Of a stretch of 64,000 nt of DNA, positions 17,893 through 28,192 are shown piece after piece (position 1 is the stretch's first letter; each line of letters starts with the position of its first letter). A program made the position numbers and the translations under genes. The DNA lies in assembly GCA_016215405.1 (NCBI GenBank), contig JACRJQ010000006.1:481-64480 (forward strand), in the 5' to 3' direction. The DNA comes from Candidatus Tayloriibacteriota bacterium (GTDB lineage: Bacteria; Patescibacteriota; Minisyncoccia; Phycocordibacterales; UBA6065). The notes beneath the pieces are model-generated. The model did not search any database. It saw only the letters and a program-made list of their open reading frames with translations, and was not told the origin of the DNA.

Positions 17893-20156
17893 AGCGTTTT
17901 TGATTTTATCCTAAGAGAATTGCCTACTACCGAGACCGACGAGAACGCCATAGCGAGCCCGGCGAATATCGGATTGAGAAGCCATCCGAATATCGGATAG
18001 AAGAGGCCTCCCGCCAAAGGGATGCCGACGACATTATATACGAACGCCCAGAAAAGATTCTGCTTTATGCCCCTCATCGTCATCTTCGAGAGGCGTATCG
18101 CCTTTACCAGCTTGGATATGTCTCCATGGAGGAGCGTTATACCCGCAGACTCTATGGCCACGTCAGTACCGGTCGCCATAGCGATGCCGATATCGGCCTG
18201 AGCTAGCGCAGGGGCGTCGTTCACGCCGTCGCCCGCCATGGCCACGACCTCGCCCTTCGATTGGAGCTCTTGTATATGATTGAGCTTATCCTCCGGCATG
18301 ACTTCCGCGACCACTTCGTCGATACCCACCTTCGACGCTATCGCGCGAGCGGTATTGCGGCTATCCCCGGTGAGCATGACCGTCCTGAGACCGAGCTTTC
18401 TCAGCTCCTTTATAGCGACGATCGCCTCCGGCTTTACTGCGTCAGCGACGAGGACGATGCCCATGACTTCGCGCTTCGTCGCAAGGACTATCGGAGTCTT
18501 ACCCTCTAGGGTCTCGCGCTCGAGCAGAGCCAAATCGACGGCGAGGCCGAGGCTTATAGCGAGCTTAGGGCTGCCTGCGTAATACTCCACGCCCGCGATC
18601 TCGCCCCTAAGCCCCTTACCCTTTATTGCTTCGAAACCCGACACGCTTTGAAGCGCGACCTTCTTCCTTTCCGCATACGCGACGATGGCGTGCGCTATAG
18701 GATGCTCCGACCTCTTTTCAAGCGAGGCGAGGATCGACACGAGCTCGTCGTCGCCCTTAGCGGCCACTCTCTCTATCGACACGAGCTCGGGCTTCCCTTT
18801 CGTGATAGTCCCTGTCTTGTCGAAGACGATGACCGTCGCCTTGTGGAGCTTTTCGAGAGTCGCGGCATCCTTGATGAGGATCCCTTCTCGCGCGCCCTTG
18901 CCTACGCCGACGATTATCGCAGTCGGCGTAGCGAGCCCTAACGCGCATGGACACGCGATGACGAGAATGCCCACGAACGACGAGAGGCCGTACGATATCG
19001 CAGCCGAGAAGCCGAGATATGACGCTCCCACCGTAAGCCATAAGGCGAGAGAGACGAGCGCGAGGATAAGCACGATAGGGACGAATACTCCGGATATCTT
19101 GTCGGCAAGCGCCTGTATAGGCGCTTTCGAGCCCTGAGCCTCCTCGACCATCTTTACGATATGCGCGAGCATGGTCTCTGAGCCGACCTTCGTCGCCCTA
19201 AACGTGAATGTGCCCGTGGTATTGAGGGTGCCTCCAACGACAAGGTCGCCCGCTTTCTTCTCTGTCGGCACAGGCTCCCCCGTGATCATAGATTCATCGA
19301 CGAACGACGCTCCGTCGACGAGGACGCCATCTACAGGGATCTTGCCCGCAGGCTTGACCACGATCACGTCGCCGAGCGCGACCTCTCCCGCAGGTATCTC
19401 GACTTCGACGCCGTCCCGGATGACGAGAGCGGTCTTCGCCTGAAGCCCCAAGAGCTTCTCTATGGCGTCTCCCGTCTTTTTCTTCGACCTTGCTTCGAGA
19501 TATTTCCCTAGCGTCACGAAGCCTACGACGACGATGGTGACGTCGAAATACGTATATTCAGGGAGAGCCAGGGCGGAAGCGAACGCGGGCACGAGCAATA
19601 TAAGCGAGCTATATATGAACGCCGCGAGCGTCCCTATGCCGATGAGAGTATCCATATTCGCAGCCCCGTGTCTGGCGAATCTGGCGACGCCCTTTATGAA
19701 AGGCAGGCCTATCCAGAACATGAACACCGCGGAAAGGACGAGAAGGGCTGGCTCGAATATCTCCATAGGCAACGGAAGGTTCGGCACGGACGAGAACGTC
19801 TGCGCCGCGATATCCCAGAGCATGAGAGCGAATACCGCTATCGTCACAGGGAATGAGAACTGCGCTTTGGAATGCAGCGCGTGGACGTCTCCGTCGTGGT
19901 CGTGCTTTGCCGCAGCGCCGTCATTCTGAGGCGCCCCTTCTCGCGACGGCTCTTCGAGCGAGTATCCGAGCTTCTCTATCTCGGCGTTAAGTTCCAGGAC
20001 ACTGGTTTTTTTCGAGTCGAGCTCGATCACGGCCTTCTCGTTGCCATAATTGACCTCTGCGCTCGATACGCCCGGAACCCTCTTGAGCTTCTTCGAAATG
20101 ATTGTCGCGCAGCTCGCGCAATGCATCCCTTTTACTTTGAATATCGTTTTTGACAT
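17889..20156 (-). CDS. copA: Copper-translocating P1B-type ATPase
   Basis: [33 protein letters not shown] and MAFSS motifs. Confidence 0.96.
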   Translation of the reverse strand: MSKTIFKVKGMHCASCATIISKKLKRVPGVSSAEVNYGNEKAVIELDSKKTSVLELNAEIEKLGYSLEEPSREGAPQNDGAAAKHDHDGDVHALHSKAQFSFPVTIAVFALMLWDIAAQTFSSVPNLPLPMEIFEPALLVLSAVFMFWIGLPFIKGVARFARHGAANMDTLIGIGTLAAFIYSSLILLVPAFASALALPEYTYFDVTIVVVGFVTLGKYLEARSKKKTGDAIEKLLGLQAKTALVIRDGVEVEIPAGEVALGDVIVVKPAGKIPVDGVLVDGASFVDESMITGEPVPTEKKAGDLVVGGTLNTTGTFTFRATKVGSETMLAHIVKMVEEAQGSKAPIQALADKISGVFVPIVLILALVSLALWLTVGASYLGFSAAISYGLSSFVGILVIACPCALGLATPTAIIVGVGKGAREGILIKDAATLEKLHKATVIVFDKTGTITKGKPELVSIERVAAKGDDELVSILASLEKRSEHPIAHAIVAYAERKKVALQSVSGFEAIKGKGLRGEIAGVEYYAGSPKLAISLGLAVDLALLERETLEGKTPIVLATKREVMGIVLVADAVKPEAIVAIKELRKLGLRTVMLTGDSRNTARAIASKVGIDEVVAEVMPEDKLNHIQELQSKGEVVAMAGDGVNDAPALAQADIGIAMATGTDVAIESAGITLLHGDISKLVKAIRLSKMTMRGIKQNLFWAFVYNVVGIPLAGGLFYPIFGWLLNPIFAGLAMAFSSVSVVGNSLRIKSKTL

Positions 20157-20161
20157 CGAGA

Positions 20162-20725
20162 TTAGACGTTATACCATTCGAGCCTCCATGACTTGAACGT
20201 CTCGAGGGTCGTCTTGAGGAACGCCTCGACCGCGTCTGCATTATCGAGGACCTCCGCTCTGCTCGACTTGGTCCTGGCTTCCTGCGTCATCTCTATGCCT
20301 GCCTCGTGATGGGAGATAAGGGCATTAAGGAATCTCAGATCGAACTTCTCGTCCGAAGGGCCGAGATTCGCGACGACAGGATCCTGAGCTTCTCGTGCGT
20401 CTCCATACCAAGCCCTCTTCCATGAATAGAGCTCGGCGATGAGCTTTGGCTCGCCTGCGAGGATATCCTTCGAAAGGCTCTTTATCTCCTGTCTTTTCGC
20501 GCCCTGCGCCGCCTGCTCTGCGAGGAGCATGGCGCCGCGATGATGGGCGGCCATGGCGTCGATATACCTCTTGTCGAGGCTCTTATCGGCCCTCCCGAGG
20601 CCCATCGTGCCCTTCTCATACATCGAGGTCCTGTATTCGGGCGAAAAGGAGTAACCGACCGCTGCGCCCAGAAGGCCCGACGTCACCATTAAACCCGTCG
20701 CGAGATAGATAGATATTTTGTTCAT
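20162..20725 (-). CDS. DUF305 (CopM-like) protein
   Basis: Two repeats: [14 protein letters not shown] and [13 protein letters not shown]. Confidence 0.85.
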   Translation of the reverse strand: MNKISIYLATGLMVTSGLLGAAVGYSFSPEYRTSMYEKGTMGLGRADKSLDKRYIDAMAAHHRGAMLLAEQAAQGAKRQEIKSLSKDILAGEPKLIAELYSWKRAWYGDAREAQDPVVANLGPSDEKFDLRFLNALISHHEAGIEMTQEARTKSSRAEVLDNADAVEAFLKTTLETFKSWRLEWYNV

Positions 20726-20745
20726 ATAAATTTGTTATGGTTCGA

Positions 20746-21015
20746 TTATCTGCGCTTAAGCCTATAGACCTTAAGGATCTCTTCTTTCGCCTTGTCCTCT
20801 TCCCCCGCCTTTACTTGGTCGATAGCGCAGGTGGACAAGTGGTTCTCCATGACCGCGTCCTCGATCCCGGAGAGGGCCTGCTTGACGGCTGAGGTCTGGG
20901 TTATCACGTCGATGCAATACACGTCGCTCTCTATCATCTCCGCGAGCCCTCGCACCTGACCTTCGACTATCTTGAGGCGGCGAAGGAGCGCCTCTTTTGA
21001 AAATTGTTTTTTCAT
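20746..21015 (-). CDS. csoR: CsoR/RcnR-family metal-sensing repressor
   Basis: RRLKIVEGQVRGL...YCIDVITQ...H.STC (Cys-His-Cys); start reassigned to ATG 21015. Confidence 0.92.
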   Translation of the reverse strand: MKKQFSKEALLRRLKIVEGQVRGLAEMIESDVYCIDVITQTSAVKQALSGIEDAVMENHLSTCAIDQVKAGEEDKAKEEILKVYRLKRR

Positions 21016-21022
21016 ATCCGAC

Positions 21023-21051
21023 AGCATATACCCCCTGGGGGTATATGTCAA
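21023..21051 (-). promoter_or_regulatory. Copper operon promoter with CsoR operator
   Basis: Minus strand TTGACA-17-TATGCT overlapping the palindrome CATATACCCCC-T-GGGGGTATATG (21025-21047), the C/G-tract CsoR operator type. Confidence 0.88.
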
Positions 21052-21098
21052 CTGCGTACGGGGAGGACGCATAAAACAGCGAGTGGTATAGTACAGAC

Positions 21099-21944
21099 AT
21101 GACTATAAAGCCCTCCCTCCTGGCCGTAGCGGCGCTCGCACTGGTCTCGCTCTGCCCTCTTTCACTGCTCGGCGCAACGGGCGTAGGCTTCGTTAAAAGC
21201 CCTCTTTGGTTCTCAAAATCCTCCTTCGCCGAGGGAGAGACTGTGAAGATATTCACCGCTCTTCAGAATTCGAGCGACTCGGACCTGAGAGGCCGCATGG
21301 TCTTCTATTCTGACGGAAAGGAGATAGGGTCCTCCTCATTCTCGATACTCTCAGGAAACTCAGAGGTGATCTGGTCGAAATTCTCGGCCGAGGCGGGCTC
21401 GCACAGGTTCTCTGCCAAGATCGTGGGAGGCACGCTCGAAGGCGATGACGGCTCCACCGAGCCCGTCGCAGAGTCCGCGACCGAGGCCATAGAGATAGCG
21501 GTCCTTCCCCGCCCCGCGGACGCTCCCAAAAAGGACTATGTCGCATCGGCCACCGATTGGCTCATCGAAAGATCGGCCGCGGTCGAAAGCGAGGAAGCCG
21601 AAACGGCGCCGAGCGAGGTCTCAGACCTTATCGCCAAGATCGATGCGAAGAATTCGACCGTAAAGGGTGCCCTCGACGCCGTAAAAGGCGCGATAGCGAA
21701 AGCTGACGAGGCGATAGAGAGCGCTCAGGAAAAGCTCCTCGATAAGAGCCGCGAATACAGGGAAAGAAAAAAGGATGACGGCACTGCGTCCCCTTTCGAT
21801 AACGCCGCCGCGCTATTCTTCGCGGCGGGCTCCGCCTTTCTCGGATGGAAGACCGCCGTCTATCTCATCGCTCTATATGCCCTCTGGAAGGCCTTCCGAT
21901 TCTCTGTGCGGACGATAAAAGGGATCGGCTCAACCGAGGAGTAA
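21099..21944 (+). CDS. Exported protein with Ig/CARDB-like N-terminal domain and C-terminal TM
   Basis: Signal peptide, GETVKIFTAL.N..G.H.F.A, C-terminal hydrophobic helices. Confidence 0.7.
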   Translation: MTIKPSLLAVAALALVSLCPLSLLGATGVGFVKSPLWFSKSSFAEGETVKIFTALQNSSDSDLRGRMVFYSDGKEIGSSSFSILSGNSEVIWSKFSAEAGSHRFSAKIVGGTLEGDDGSTEPVAESATEAIEIAVLPRPADAPKKDYVASATDWLIERSAAVESEEAETAPSEVSDLIAKIDAKNSTVKGALDAVKGAIAKADEAIESAQEKLLDKSREYRERKKDDGTASPFDNAAALFFAAGSAFLGWKTAVYLIALYALWKAFRFSVRTIKGIGSTEE

Positions 21945-21946
21945 GC

Positions 21947-23242
21947 CTATCTCTTCGCCCATTCGTCTTCCTGTCTCACGAGGAGCTCGCTCGCTTTGGA
22001 CGGATCGGCGAGGAGCGCCTTCGAGACCTTCTCCATCCTCATCGATTGAGAGCCTTTGACGAGTATGGCATCGCCCGCTCGCGCCAGATCTGCGACCGTC
22101 TTCGCCGCCTCTTCGGACGAATCGAAGAGCCTTATCATATCCTTCGGCATGCCGGCCTCGCTCGCGCCCGCCGCGATGTATCTCGACATCTCGCCTACCG
22201 CGAAGAGCATGTGGAGGCTCTCCCCGACGAGCCTGCCGATCTCCCTATGCGCACTTTCGGCGTTCTCTCCGAGCTCCTTCATATCGCCGAGCGCTGCGAT
22301 CTTCCTGCCGCGTATCGAGAGGCTCGAGAGCGCCTTTATCGCCTCCGCGCATGCCAAAGGAGACGAATTATAGGTATCGTCGAGGACGATAGACCCAGAG
22401 GTCCCGTCGAGCATCCGCATCCGGCCTTTCGGAGATTCGAATCCATCGAAGGCGCTCGGCACGACTCCCTCTATGTGTAGGACTCTCGCGACGGCGCAGG
22501 CGGCGGCGAGAGGATAGACCAAGTGGTCGCCGAGGACGCCTCTGAGCTCTATCTGCGCTTCTCTGCCACCCAGATCGATGACGGCCCTCTGGCCTACAGG
22601 AAGGCCGCGAACGCCCTTGTCGTATGCGATCGACGACTCGACGATGCGAGGCATCGCCCCCTTCGACGACCCGTAGAATACCTTCGTCGCGGAGATATCC
22701 TTGACGGCCTGTTCGAAGAGCAGGTCGTCGGCGTTCACGACGAGAGTCCCTTCCGGCCTTAGCGCGTGCGCCAGGAACATCTTCTCGCGCAAGACCGCCT
22801 TCGAGTCGGGAAAATTCTCTACGTGCACAGGGACGAGGGACATGCGAGTGAGGACCACGATGTCCGGGCGAAGCCATTTGGAGACGGACTCTATATCCCC
22901 AGGACGGTCCGCGCCCACTTCGAGGACGAGGAGCTCCGGAAAACTTTTAGAGAGGAACGCGGCCTTGAACCCCTTTACGATATTCGCCGCCCAGAGCGAA
23001 GCGGACGACCATCCGTTCTCGAGGCCGAGGATGGCGAGAGGCAAGCCTATCTCGCTATTCATGCTCTTCTGGCTCTTGCGGGCCTTAAAGGAAGCGGATA
23101 CGACGGCATAGACCGCATCCTTGGTGGAAGTCTTGCCCACGTTCCCTGTTATCGCGATGATGCCTGGGTCGTGACGCCTCAAAGCCGCCTTGGCTTCCCA
23201 GGTGAGGACGGCTACGATTATTTTCTTTAGAAGCGATTTCAT
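21947..23242 (-). CDS. murF: UDP-MurNAc-tripeptide--D-Ala-D-Ala ligase
   Basis: ITGNVGKTSTK, NSEIGLP, LEVGADRPGDI, DDTYNSSP, LGDMKELG, VKGS. Confidence 0.9.
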   Translation of the reverse strand: MKSLLKKIIVAVLTWEAKAALRRHDPGIIAITGNVGKTSTKDAVYAVVSASFKARKSQKSMNSEIGLPLAILGLENGWSSASLWAANIVKGFKAAFLSKSFPELLVLEVGADRPGDIESVSKWLRPDIVVLTRMSLVPVHVENFPDSKAVLREKMFLAHALRPEGTLVVNADDLLFEQAVKDISATKVFYGSSKGAMPRIVESSIAYDKGVRGLPVGQRAVIDLGGREAQIELRGVLGDHLVYPLAAACAVARVLHIEGVVPSAFDGFESPKGRMRMLDGTSGSIVLDDTYNSSPLACAEAIKALSSLSIRGRKIAALGDMKELGENAESAHREIGRLVGESLHMLFAVGEMSRYIAAGASEAGMPKDMIRLFDSSEEAAKTVADLARAGDAILVKGSQSMRMEKVSKALLADPSKASELLVRQEDEWAKR

Positions 23243-24957
23243 CTATCCGGCGCTATCTCGTAATAATTAATCAAGAACTTCGTAAGGTCAATGAACGGCA
23301 TCGTGAGGGTGTGGGAGGCGTATTGCGCGCCCTTAGGGTAGACGGTGAAGAGGAATACGATGAACCGCGGCTTATACGCCGGAAAATACCCGAAGAAGGA
23401 GTGTAGATATCTGTCGTCGTAATAGCCTCCCCCTTCGGCCTTCGCTATCTGAGCCGTGCCCGTCTTCGCCGCGATCGAATAGCGAGGGATCTTGACCGTG
23501 CCTCCGAGGAGGGCTTTATCGACCACATTCACGAGCATCTTCGTTATCGTCTCGGAGGTCTCGGGCTCGAGCACCTGTTCGGTCTCGTCATACGTGAGGT
23601 CCTTCGAATCTCCCGACGTGTACTCGATCCTCCGCACGAGATGAGGGTTAGGCAAGAAGCCGCCATTGCCGAGAGCCGAGAGCGCGCGTACCGTCTCTAT
23701 GGGGGTCATCGCTATGCCTTGGCCGAACGACGCGGTGACGTGCTCGATGTCGCGAGGGCTCTTGAGGTTGTTCACGAGGCCATGGACTTCTCCAGGAAGG
23801 TCTATGCCCGTCTCCTCGCCGAAGCCGTACGACATGAAATACCTCGTGAGCCTCTCATTGCCGAGCTTTTGCGCCACGAATGCCATTCCGGTATTGAGCG
23901 ATTCGTTGAGGACATGCTGCATGTCGATGACGCCCCTTCCTTTGCCGTCGAAGTTAGAGACTTTCGCCCCGTTCACGAGGACATAGCCTTGGTCGTTATA
24001 CGTAGACTCCGGCGTGATAACGCCCGCGTCGAGGCCCGCCGCCATGGCTAGAGGCTTTATGATAGAGCCCATCTCGTAGACGCGGTCCACGTGGGGATTG
24101 CCGAATATCGAAGTCGCCTTCTCTTTCGAGAAGTCGTTCGGATCGAACGTCGGAGCCACCGCCATAGCGTATATCTCTCCGGTGTAAGGATCCATGACGA
24201 TACCTCCGGTAAGGTCAGAGCTCCATTTGTCAGAGACGCCCGAGATCTTTCGCTCGAGCTCCGCCTGCACGGACGGCTCTATGGTAGTGACGATATCGCC
24301 CTCGGACTCCTCGCCCTTAAAGAGCGCGCCGCTTATATCGGAGAAGACCTGCGCGAAGAAATTCACATAGAGGCCCGGGGTCTGGCGGCTCAGTATATCG
24401 TTGTAGTAGCGCTCGAGCCCGTAGCGCCCCGATACGGTCTTGCCGTCCTCACCGAAGCCTATGATGCCGAGGACGTTGGCGGCGGACTTTCCGCCCGGAT
24501 ATATCCTCCACTGCTCTTTATATGCGCTCACGCCCGTAAGGTCGAGGCTCTCGATCCTCTCTTTCGTCGCTTCGTCGACTCTCTTTGCCGCCTCGCCGTA
24601 GGTCTTGTCGGACTCGATCTTAGAGAGGAGCTCTTCGGCGTCGACGGACAGTATCCCCGAGAGGGCGTTGTAGACGTCTTCAGGATGCTCCATCTTCTTC
24701 GGTTCGATCGTGACGGTATATCCGCTCGCGAGCCCTGCGGCCGAGAGGGTCCCGCCCTTTCGAGGGGAGAACAGGATAGAGCCGCGGTCGAAAGCGGCAG
24801 CGCCCTTCTTTACATACTGTCTGTCGGCCTGGCTGCGGTAATCGTCGCTTCGCACCGCCTGCAGGTAATAGAGCCTGCCTACGAGCACGAGAGCGCACGC
24901 GCACATAAAGCCTCCTATGAGCCTTATCCGCCCAAGCCTTAAAGCGTTCGGGGCCAT
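23239..24957 (-). CDS. ftsI: Class B penicillin-binding protein (FtsI type)
   Basis: YEMGSIIK (SxxK), SLN (SxN), KTGTAQ; position in the dcw cluster. Confidence 0.88.
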   Translation of the reverse strand: MAPNALRLGRIRLIGGFMCACALVLVGRLYYLQAVRSDDYRSQADRQYVKKGAAAFDRGSILFSPRKGGTLSAAGLASGYTVTIEPKKMEHPEDVYNALSGILSVDAEELLSKIESDKTYGEAAKRVDEATKERIESLDLTGVSAYKEQWRIYPGGKSAANVLGIIGFGEDGKTVSGRYGLERYYNDILSRQTPGLYVNFFAQVFSDISGALFKGEESEGDIVTTIEPSVQAELERKISGVSDKWSSDLTGGIVMDPYTGEIYAMAVAPTFDPNDFSKEKATSIFGNPHVDRVYEMGSIIKPLAMAAGLDAGVITPESTYNDQGYVLVNGAKVSNFDGKGRGVIDMQHVLNESLNTGMAFVAQKLGNERLTRYFMSYGFGEETGIDLPGEVHGLVNNLKSPRDIEHVTASFGQGIAMTPIETVRALSALGNGGFLPNPHLVRRIEYTSGDSKDLTYDETEQVLEPETSETITKMLVNVVDKALLGGTVKIPRYSIAAKTGTAQIAKAEGGGYYDDRYLHSFFGYFPAYKPRFIVFLFTVYPKGAQYASHTLTMPFIDLTKFLINYYEIAPDR

Positions 24958-24966
24958 CTTCGAGTC

Positions 24967-25284
24967 TTACCTATTGAACGAGAGAGGGGCCGTAGGCCTC
25001 TTTGCGACGTATACGGCGTCTGAAGACTCCTTGTAGCCGAGGGAATGGGCGTACGCGAGGTCGATAGACGATTTTTTCGCCATATACTCCGCCTCGATCG
25101 AGCCCGCTTTCGAGGTAAGGGCGAGGATATCTCCGCGGAGAGCCTTCGCGGCGACCATGTTCGAGACCGCGCCGTTTATGAAATAGGCGTAGCAGAGAAG
25201 AAGCGCGAATATGGCGCCCAAAAGAGACCATGCGATGACCGGCCTTTCCATCTTTTCTACCCTTTCCTGTACATACTGCGTCAT
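24967..25284 (-). CDS. FtsL-like cell division protein
   Basis: Single TM plus coiled coil ending A.SLGY; lies between rsmH and ftsI; start reassigned to 25284. Confidence 0.65.
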   Translation of the reverse strand: MTQYVQERVEKMERPVIAWSLLGAIFALLLCYAYFINGAVSNMVAAKALRGDILALTSKAGSIEAEYMAKKSSIDLAYAHSLGYKESSDAVYVAKRPTAPLSFNR

Positions 25285-25304
25285 ATTCGTTTTTCTAGAT
25301 TCTG

Positions 25305-26192
25305 TTAATTTTTTATGAAAACCCTCAATTTCGAGCTTCTCGACCTGGGATTCCTCTCTTTCTCCTCGTCCGTAGGCTCTATAGGCTTCTTCGTCGATTG
25401 GCTTCCTAAGCCCTGCTTCTGCCATTCCTTGAAAGCGACCTTCACTATCCTGTCCTCGAGGCTATGGAAAGAGATGACCGCCATCCTCCCTTGCGGAGAG
25501 AGGATCCTCATCCCCTCTTCGAGCCCCTTTCGAAGGCTTCCGAGCTCGTCGTTCACCGCTATCCTCAGGGCCTGAAAGGTCCTCGTCGCCGGATGGATCT
25601 TTCCCCTGCGATAGACGGCGGGGACGGAAGACCTCACGATCTCCGAGAGAGCCATGGAGGTCTCGATAGGGGCGGCTTCGCGCGCGAGGACTATCGCTCT
25701 CGCGATCCTCCTCGCATACCTCTCTTCGCCGTAGGCATAGATGACGTTCGCGATGTCCTCTTCGGCCCAGCCGTTCACGACGTCCCTCGCGGAGAAAGCT
25801 CCTTCGGCGAGCTCCTTCTCCATCGTCATAAGGAGAGGCTCGTCGAAGCGGAACGTGAATCCCCTTTTTGACGAATCGAGCTGAGGCGATGAGATGCCGA
25901 GGTCGAGGAGTATCTTGTCGGCTGCTTCCTTGCCAGCCTTCTCGAGGAAAAGGCCCATGTCTTTGAAATTCCCGAGAAAGAGCCTGAAGCTCGCCCCTAT
26001 CGATCCGAGCCTTTCTTCGGATCCCCTCAAAGCGTCCTCGTCCCTGTCGATCCCGATGATGAAAATGCCAGGGACTCTCTTTGCCGCCTCGACCGAATGT
26101 CCGGCCCTACCGAGGGTGCCGTCGATGAGGACGTCCCCCGCCTTAAGGGCGAGACCTTCTATCGTTTCTTTTAAAAGAACTGGCTCGTGCAT
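25305..26192 (-). CDS. rsmH: 16S rRNA m4C1402 methyltransferase
   Basis: HEPVLL, DGTLGRAGHS, DLGISSPQLD, TRTFQALRIAVN, ISFHSLEDR, NPRSRSSKLR. Confidence 0.96.
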   Translation of the reverse strand: MHEPVLLKETIEGLALKAGDVLIDGTLGRAGHSVEAAKRVPGIFIIGIDRDEDALRGSEERLGSIGASFRLFLGNFKDMGLFLEKAGKEAADKILLDLGISSPQLDSSKRGFTFRFDEPLLMTMEKELAEGAFSARDVVNGWAEEDIANVIYAYGEERYARRIARAIVLAREAAPIETSMALSEIVRSSVPAVYRRGKIHPATRTFQALRIAVNDELGSLRKGLEEGMRILSPQGRMAVISFHSLEDRIVKVAFKEWQKQGLGSQSTKKPIEPTDEEKERNPRSRSSKLRVFIKN

Positions 26193-26203
26193 AAGCTCAG
26201 GGC

Positions 26204-26638
26204 TTAGAGCACGCCGACCTGACCGAGCTTCTCGGCCAAGGCTCCCGCCTTGCCCTCGACGCCCTTCTTGTAAGCTGTCCACGCCTTGTCGTTCCATATC
26301 TCGACTCGGGATTGGACGCCTACCACCGACACTTTGCCCTTGAGGTTTCCCCACTCTTTGAGGAAGTCCGGGACGAGGATGCGACCTATCGAATCGATAT
26401 CCGCTTCTATCGCCCCTCCGAACATGAATCGGGAGAACGACCTGTTATCCGCCTGTCCCAAAGAGGCCTCCGAGAGCTTCACTGTGATCCTCTCCCACTC
26501 TTTAGGCGTGAAAACGAATAGACAATGGTCGAGACCAGGGGTCACTACCACTTTTTTCCCCATCTTCTCTCGGAACTTCACCGGCAGAGAGATGCGGTTC
26601 TTCTCGTCTATCGAGTGCGTGTACTCGCCTATGAGCAT
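26204..26638 (-). CDS. mraZ: Transcriptional regulator MraZ
   Basis: GEYTHSIDEKNRISLP..FR; DSIGRILVP; VEIW. Confidence 0.96.
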   Translation of the reverse strand: MLIGEYTHSIDEKNRISLPVKFREKMGKKVVVTPGLDHCLFVFTPKEWERITVKLSEASLGQADNRSFSRFMFGGAIEADIDSIGRILVPDFLKEWGNLKGKVSVVGVQSRVEIWNDKAWTAYKKGVEGKAGALAEKLGQVGVL

Positions 26639-26811
26639 AGAGGTCGTTAGCGTTTCGACGGATTATTCCTCTTCACCGCTACGGGCTGGCGGAGCCGCAA
26701 GCCCTTCACCTGCGACAGCTTTATCTCGTACGTACCGAACTTGCCGATGATCTTGTACGTCGCTTGTTTTATTCGCATGTGTTCCGTGGGATTTTATCGG
26801 GGAAACCTATG

Positions 26812-26890
26812 TTTCCACCTTTTCCCACTTGGCTTATATTTTATAACACTTCATCCCACATTGATACACGGTTATCCACATTCCCCTACT
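26812..26890 (-). promoter_or_regulatory. Putative MraZ-binding boxes upstream of mraZ
   Basis: Minus-strand pairs at 10-bp spacing: GTAG-GGGAAT-GTGG, GTGG-GATGAA-GTGT, GTGG-GAAAAG-GTGG; MraZ is known to bind GTGG direct repeats. Confidence 0.6.
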
Positions 26891-27008
26891 CGAGAACGGA
26901 ACTGGAAAAGCGCAAGGAAACAAAGCGCGGAAAGGCTCCGTAGAGGCGCAAAAAAAAGCGCCGTCTCCTTTCGGTAGACGGCGCTCGCGGCTTTGCGGGT
27001 GGGAGCTT

Positions 27009-27497
27009 TCAGCCTTTGGCGGGCTCGCTGTCGGCCTTCGAGTCGCGGCCGACGATCTCGACCAGGACGGCGCCGGCGAGCCCAGAGAGCGGATTGCCTT
27101 CGCTCTTCCAGACGACGACCTGGAAGCCTTCGCGGATAGCGGCTTCCACTCCGGAGTTCGCGGTCTCGGGAAAGAGCTCGTAGACGCGCGCCCAGAAGTC
27201 GCTCTTCACGGCGTGCGCGGCGCGGTTGATGACGTTGGCATGGAGCGTCACCTCGTCGAGCTTCGCCTTGAGCTTCTCGGCCTCCTCGCGGGTGGACGGG
27301 CGCAAGGTCTCGAGATAGTCGCTCACGTAGTTCGCCGTGCGCACATGGAGGCTGTAGAGCGAGCGCGCGACCGGATCCTCGATGGTGCCGAGGACCTTTT
27401 CGCCGGGCTCGACCTTGCCTTCCGGAAGATGCGAATCGTGAGTCGACTGGCCGAGGAGTATTTGGGCGTGCTGGAGCTGGATTGCGGTGAGTTTCAT
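27009..27497 (-). CDS. Hypothetical protein
   Basis: 162-aa ORF with coding-like composition and an upstream TTGACA. Confidence 0.65.
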   Translation of the reverse strand: MKLTAIQLQHAQILLGQSTHDSHLPEGKVEPGEKVLGTIEDPVARSLYSLHVRTANYVSDYLETLRPSTREEAEKLKAKLDEVTLHANVINRAAHAVKSDFWARVYELFPETANSGVEAAIREGFQVVVWKSEGNPLSGLAGAVLVEIVGRDSKADSEPAKG

Positions 27498-27621
27498 GAT
27501 GAGCTGGGGTTCTGAGGCGGAACATCGCGGGCTTGCGATGGTGTCCGAAATTTAAATTACCTCTTTTTTTCGCTTTGTCAATAGCACGAAAAAGCCCCTA
27601 TCGGGGCCTCGCTCGAGAGGG

Positions 27622-28191
27622 CTATTTAAGGAGAAGGTCGACCCTGCCGTTATCGTAAGACGCCCCTACGACCCTGTGTAACGGGACCTGGACGAGGTAA
27701 TCGGCCGCCTTCGAATATCGAGGTTCGAGCGCAAGGGCCCTTTCAGTCTGCCCGTCGAGCTCCCTCGCCGCGAAGTAGGAGTCGCCGGAAGCGTATCCTA
27801 TGAGCGTGTACCTCGATCGAGAGTGCTTGTACACCTCGAAGAGAGATCCTTCCTCGAAACGGCTCACAGGAATGCCGCGCAGAAGCGATTGATACAGCGA
27901 AGCCGCGTCCCGCTCGATCAACCTTTCAGGGATGAAAAAATAGGCGCCGCCCGAAAGCATGTTCGAGCTCTTGAAAGATTCGATCGGACCGAGCTCTCGC
28001 AGCCCCTTCTCCCTCCTAAGGCTCGGGCCTATCTGGGATATCGACTCGACCGATACCATCGCCCCGTGAAGCGACAGAGGACCCGTCGCGCGAAGGTCGC
28101 CTTCGTCTGCCGGCTCTTCCGGCCAAAAGAGATATGCGGCGGCCGCAAGGGCGAGAAGGACCGCGACCGATGCGAGCGAGCGCTTCGACAT
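27622..28191 (-). CDS. Membrane-anchored hypothetical protein
   Basis: N-terminal TM; directly downstream of lysS. Confidence 0.6.
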   Translation of the reverse strand: MSKRSLASVAVLLALAAAAYLFWPEEPADEGDLRATGPLSLHGAMVSVESISQIGPSLRREKGLRELGPIESFKSSNMLSGGAYFFIPERLIERDAASLYQSLLRGIPVSRFEEGSLFEVYKHSRSRYTLIGYASGDSYFAARELDGQTERALALEPRYSKAADYLVQVPLHRVVGASYDNGRVDLLLK

Positions 28192-28192
28192 C

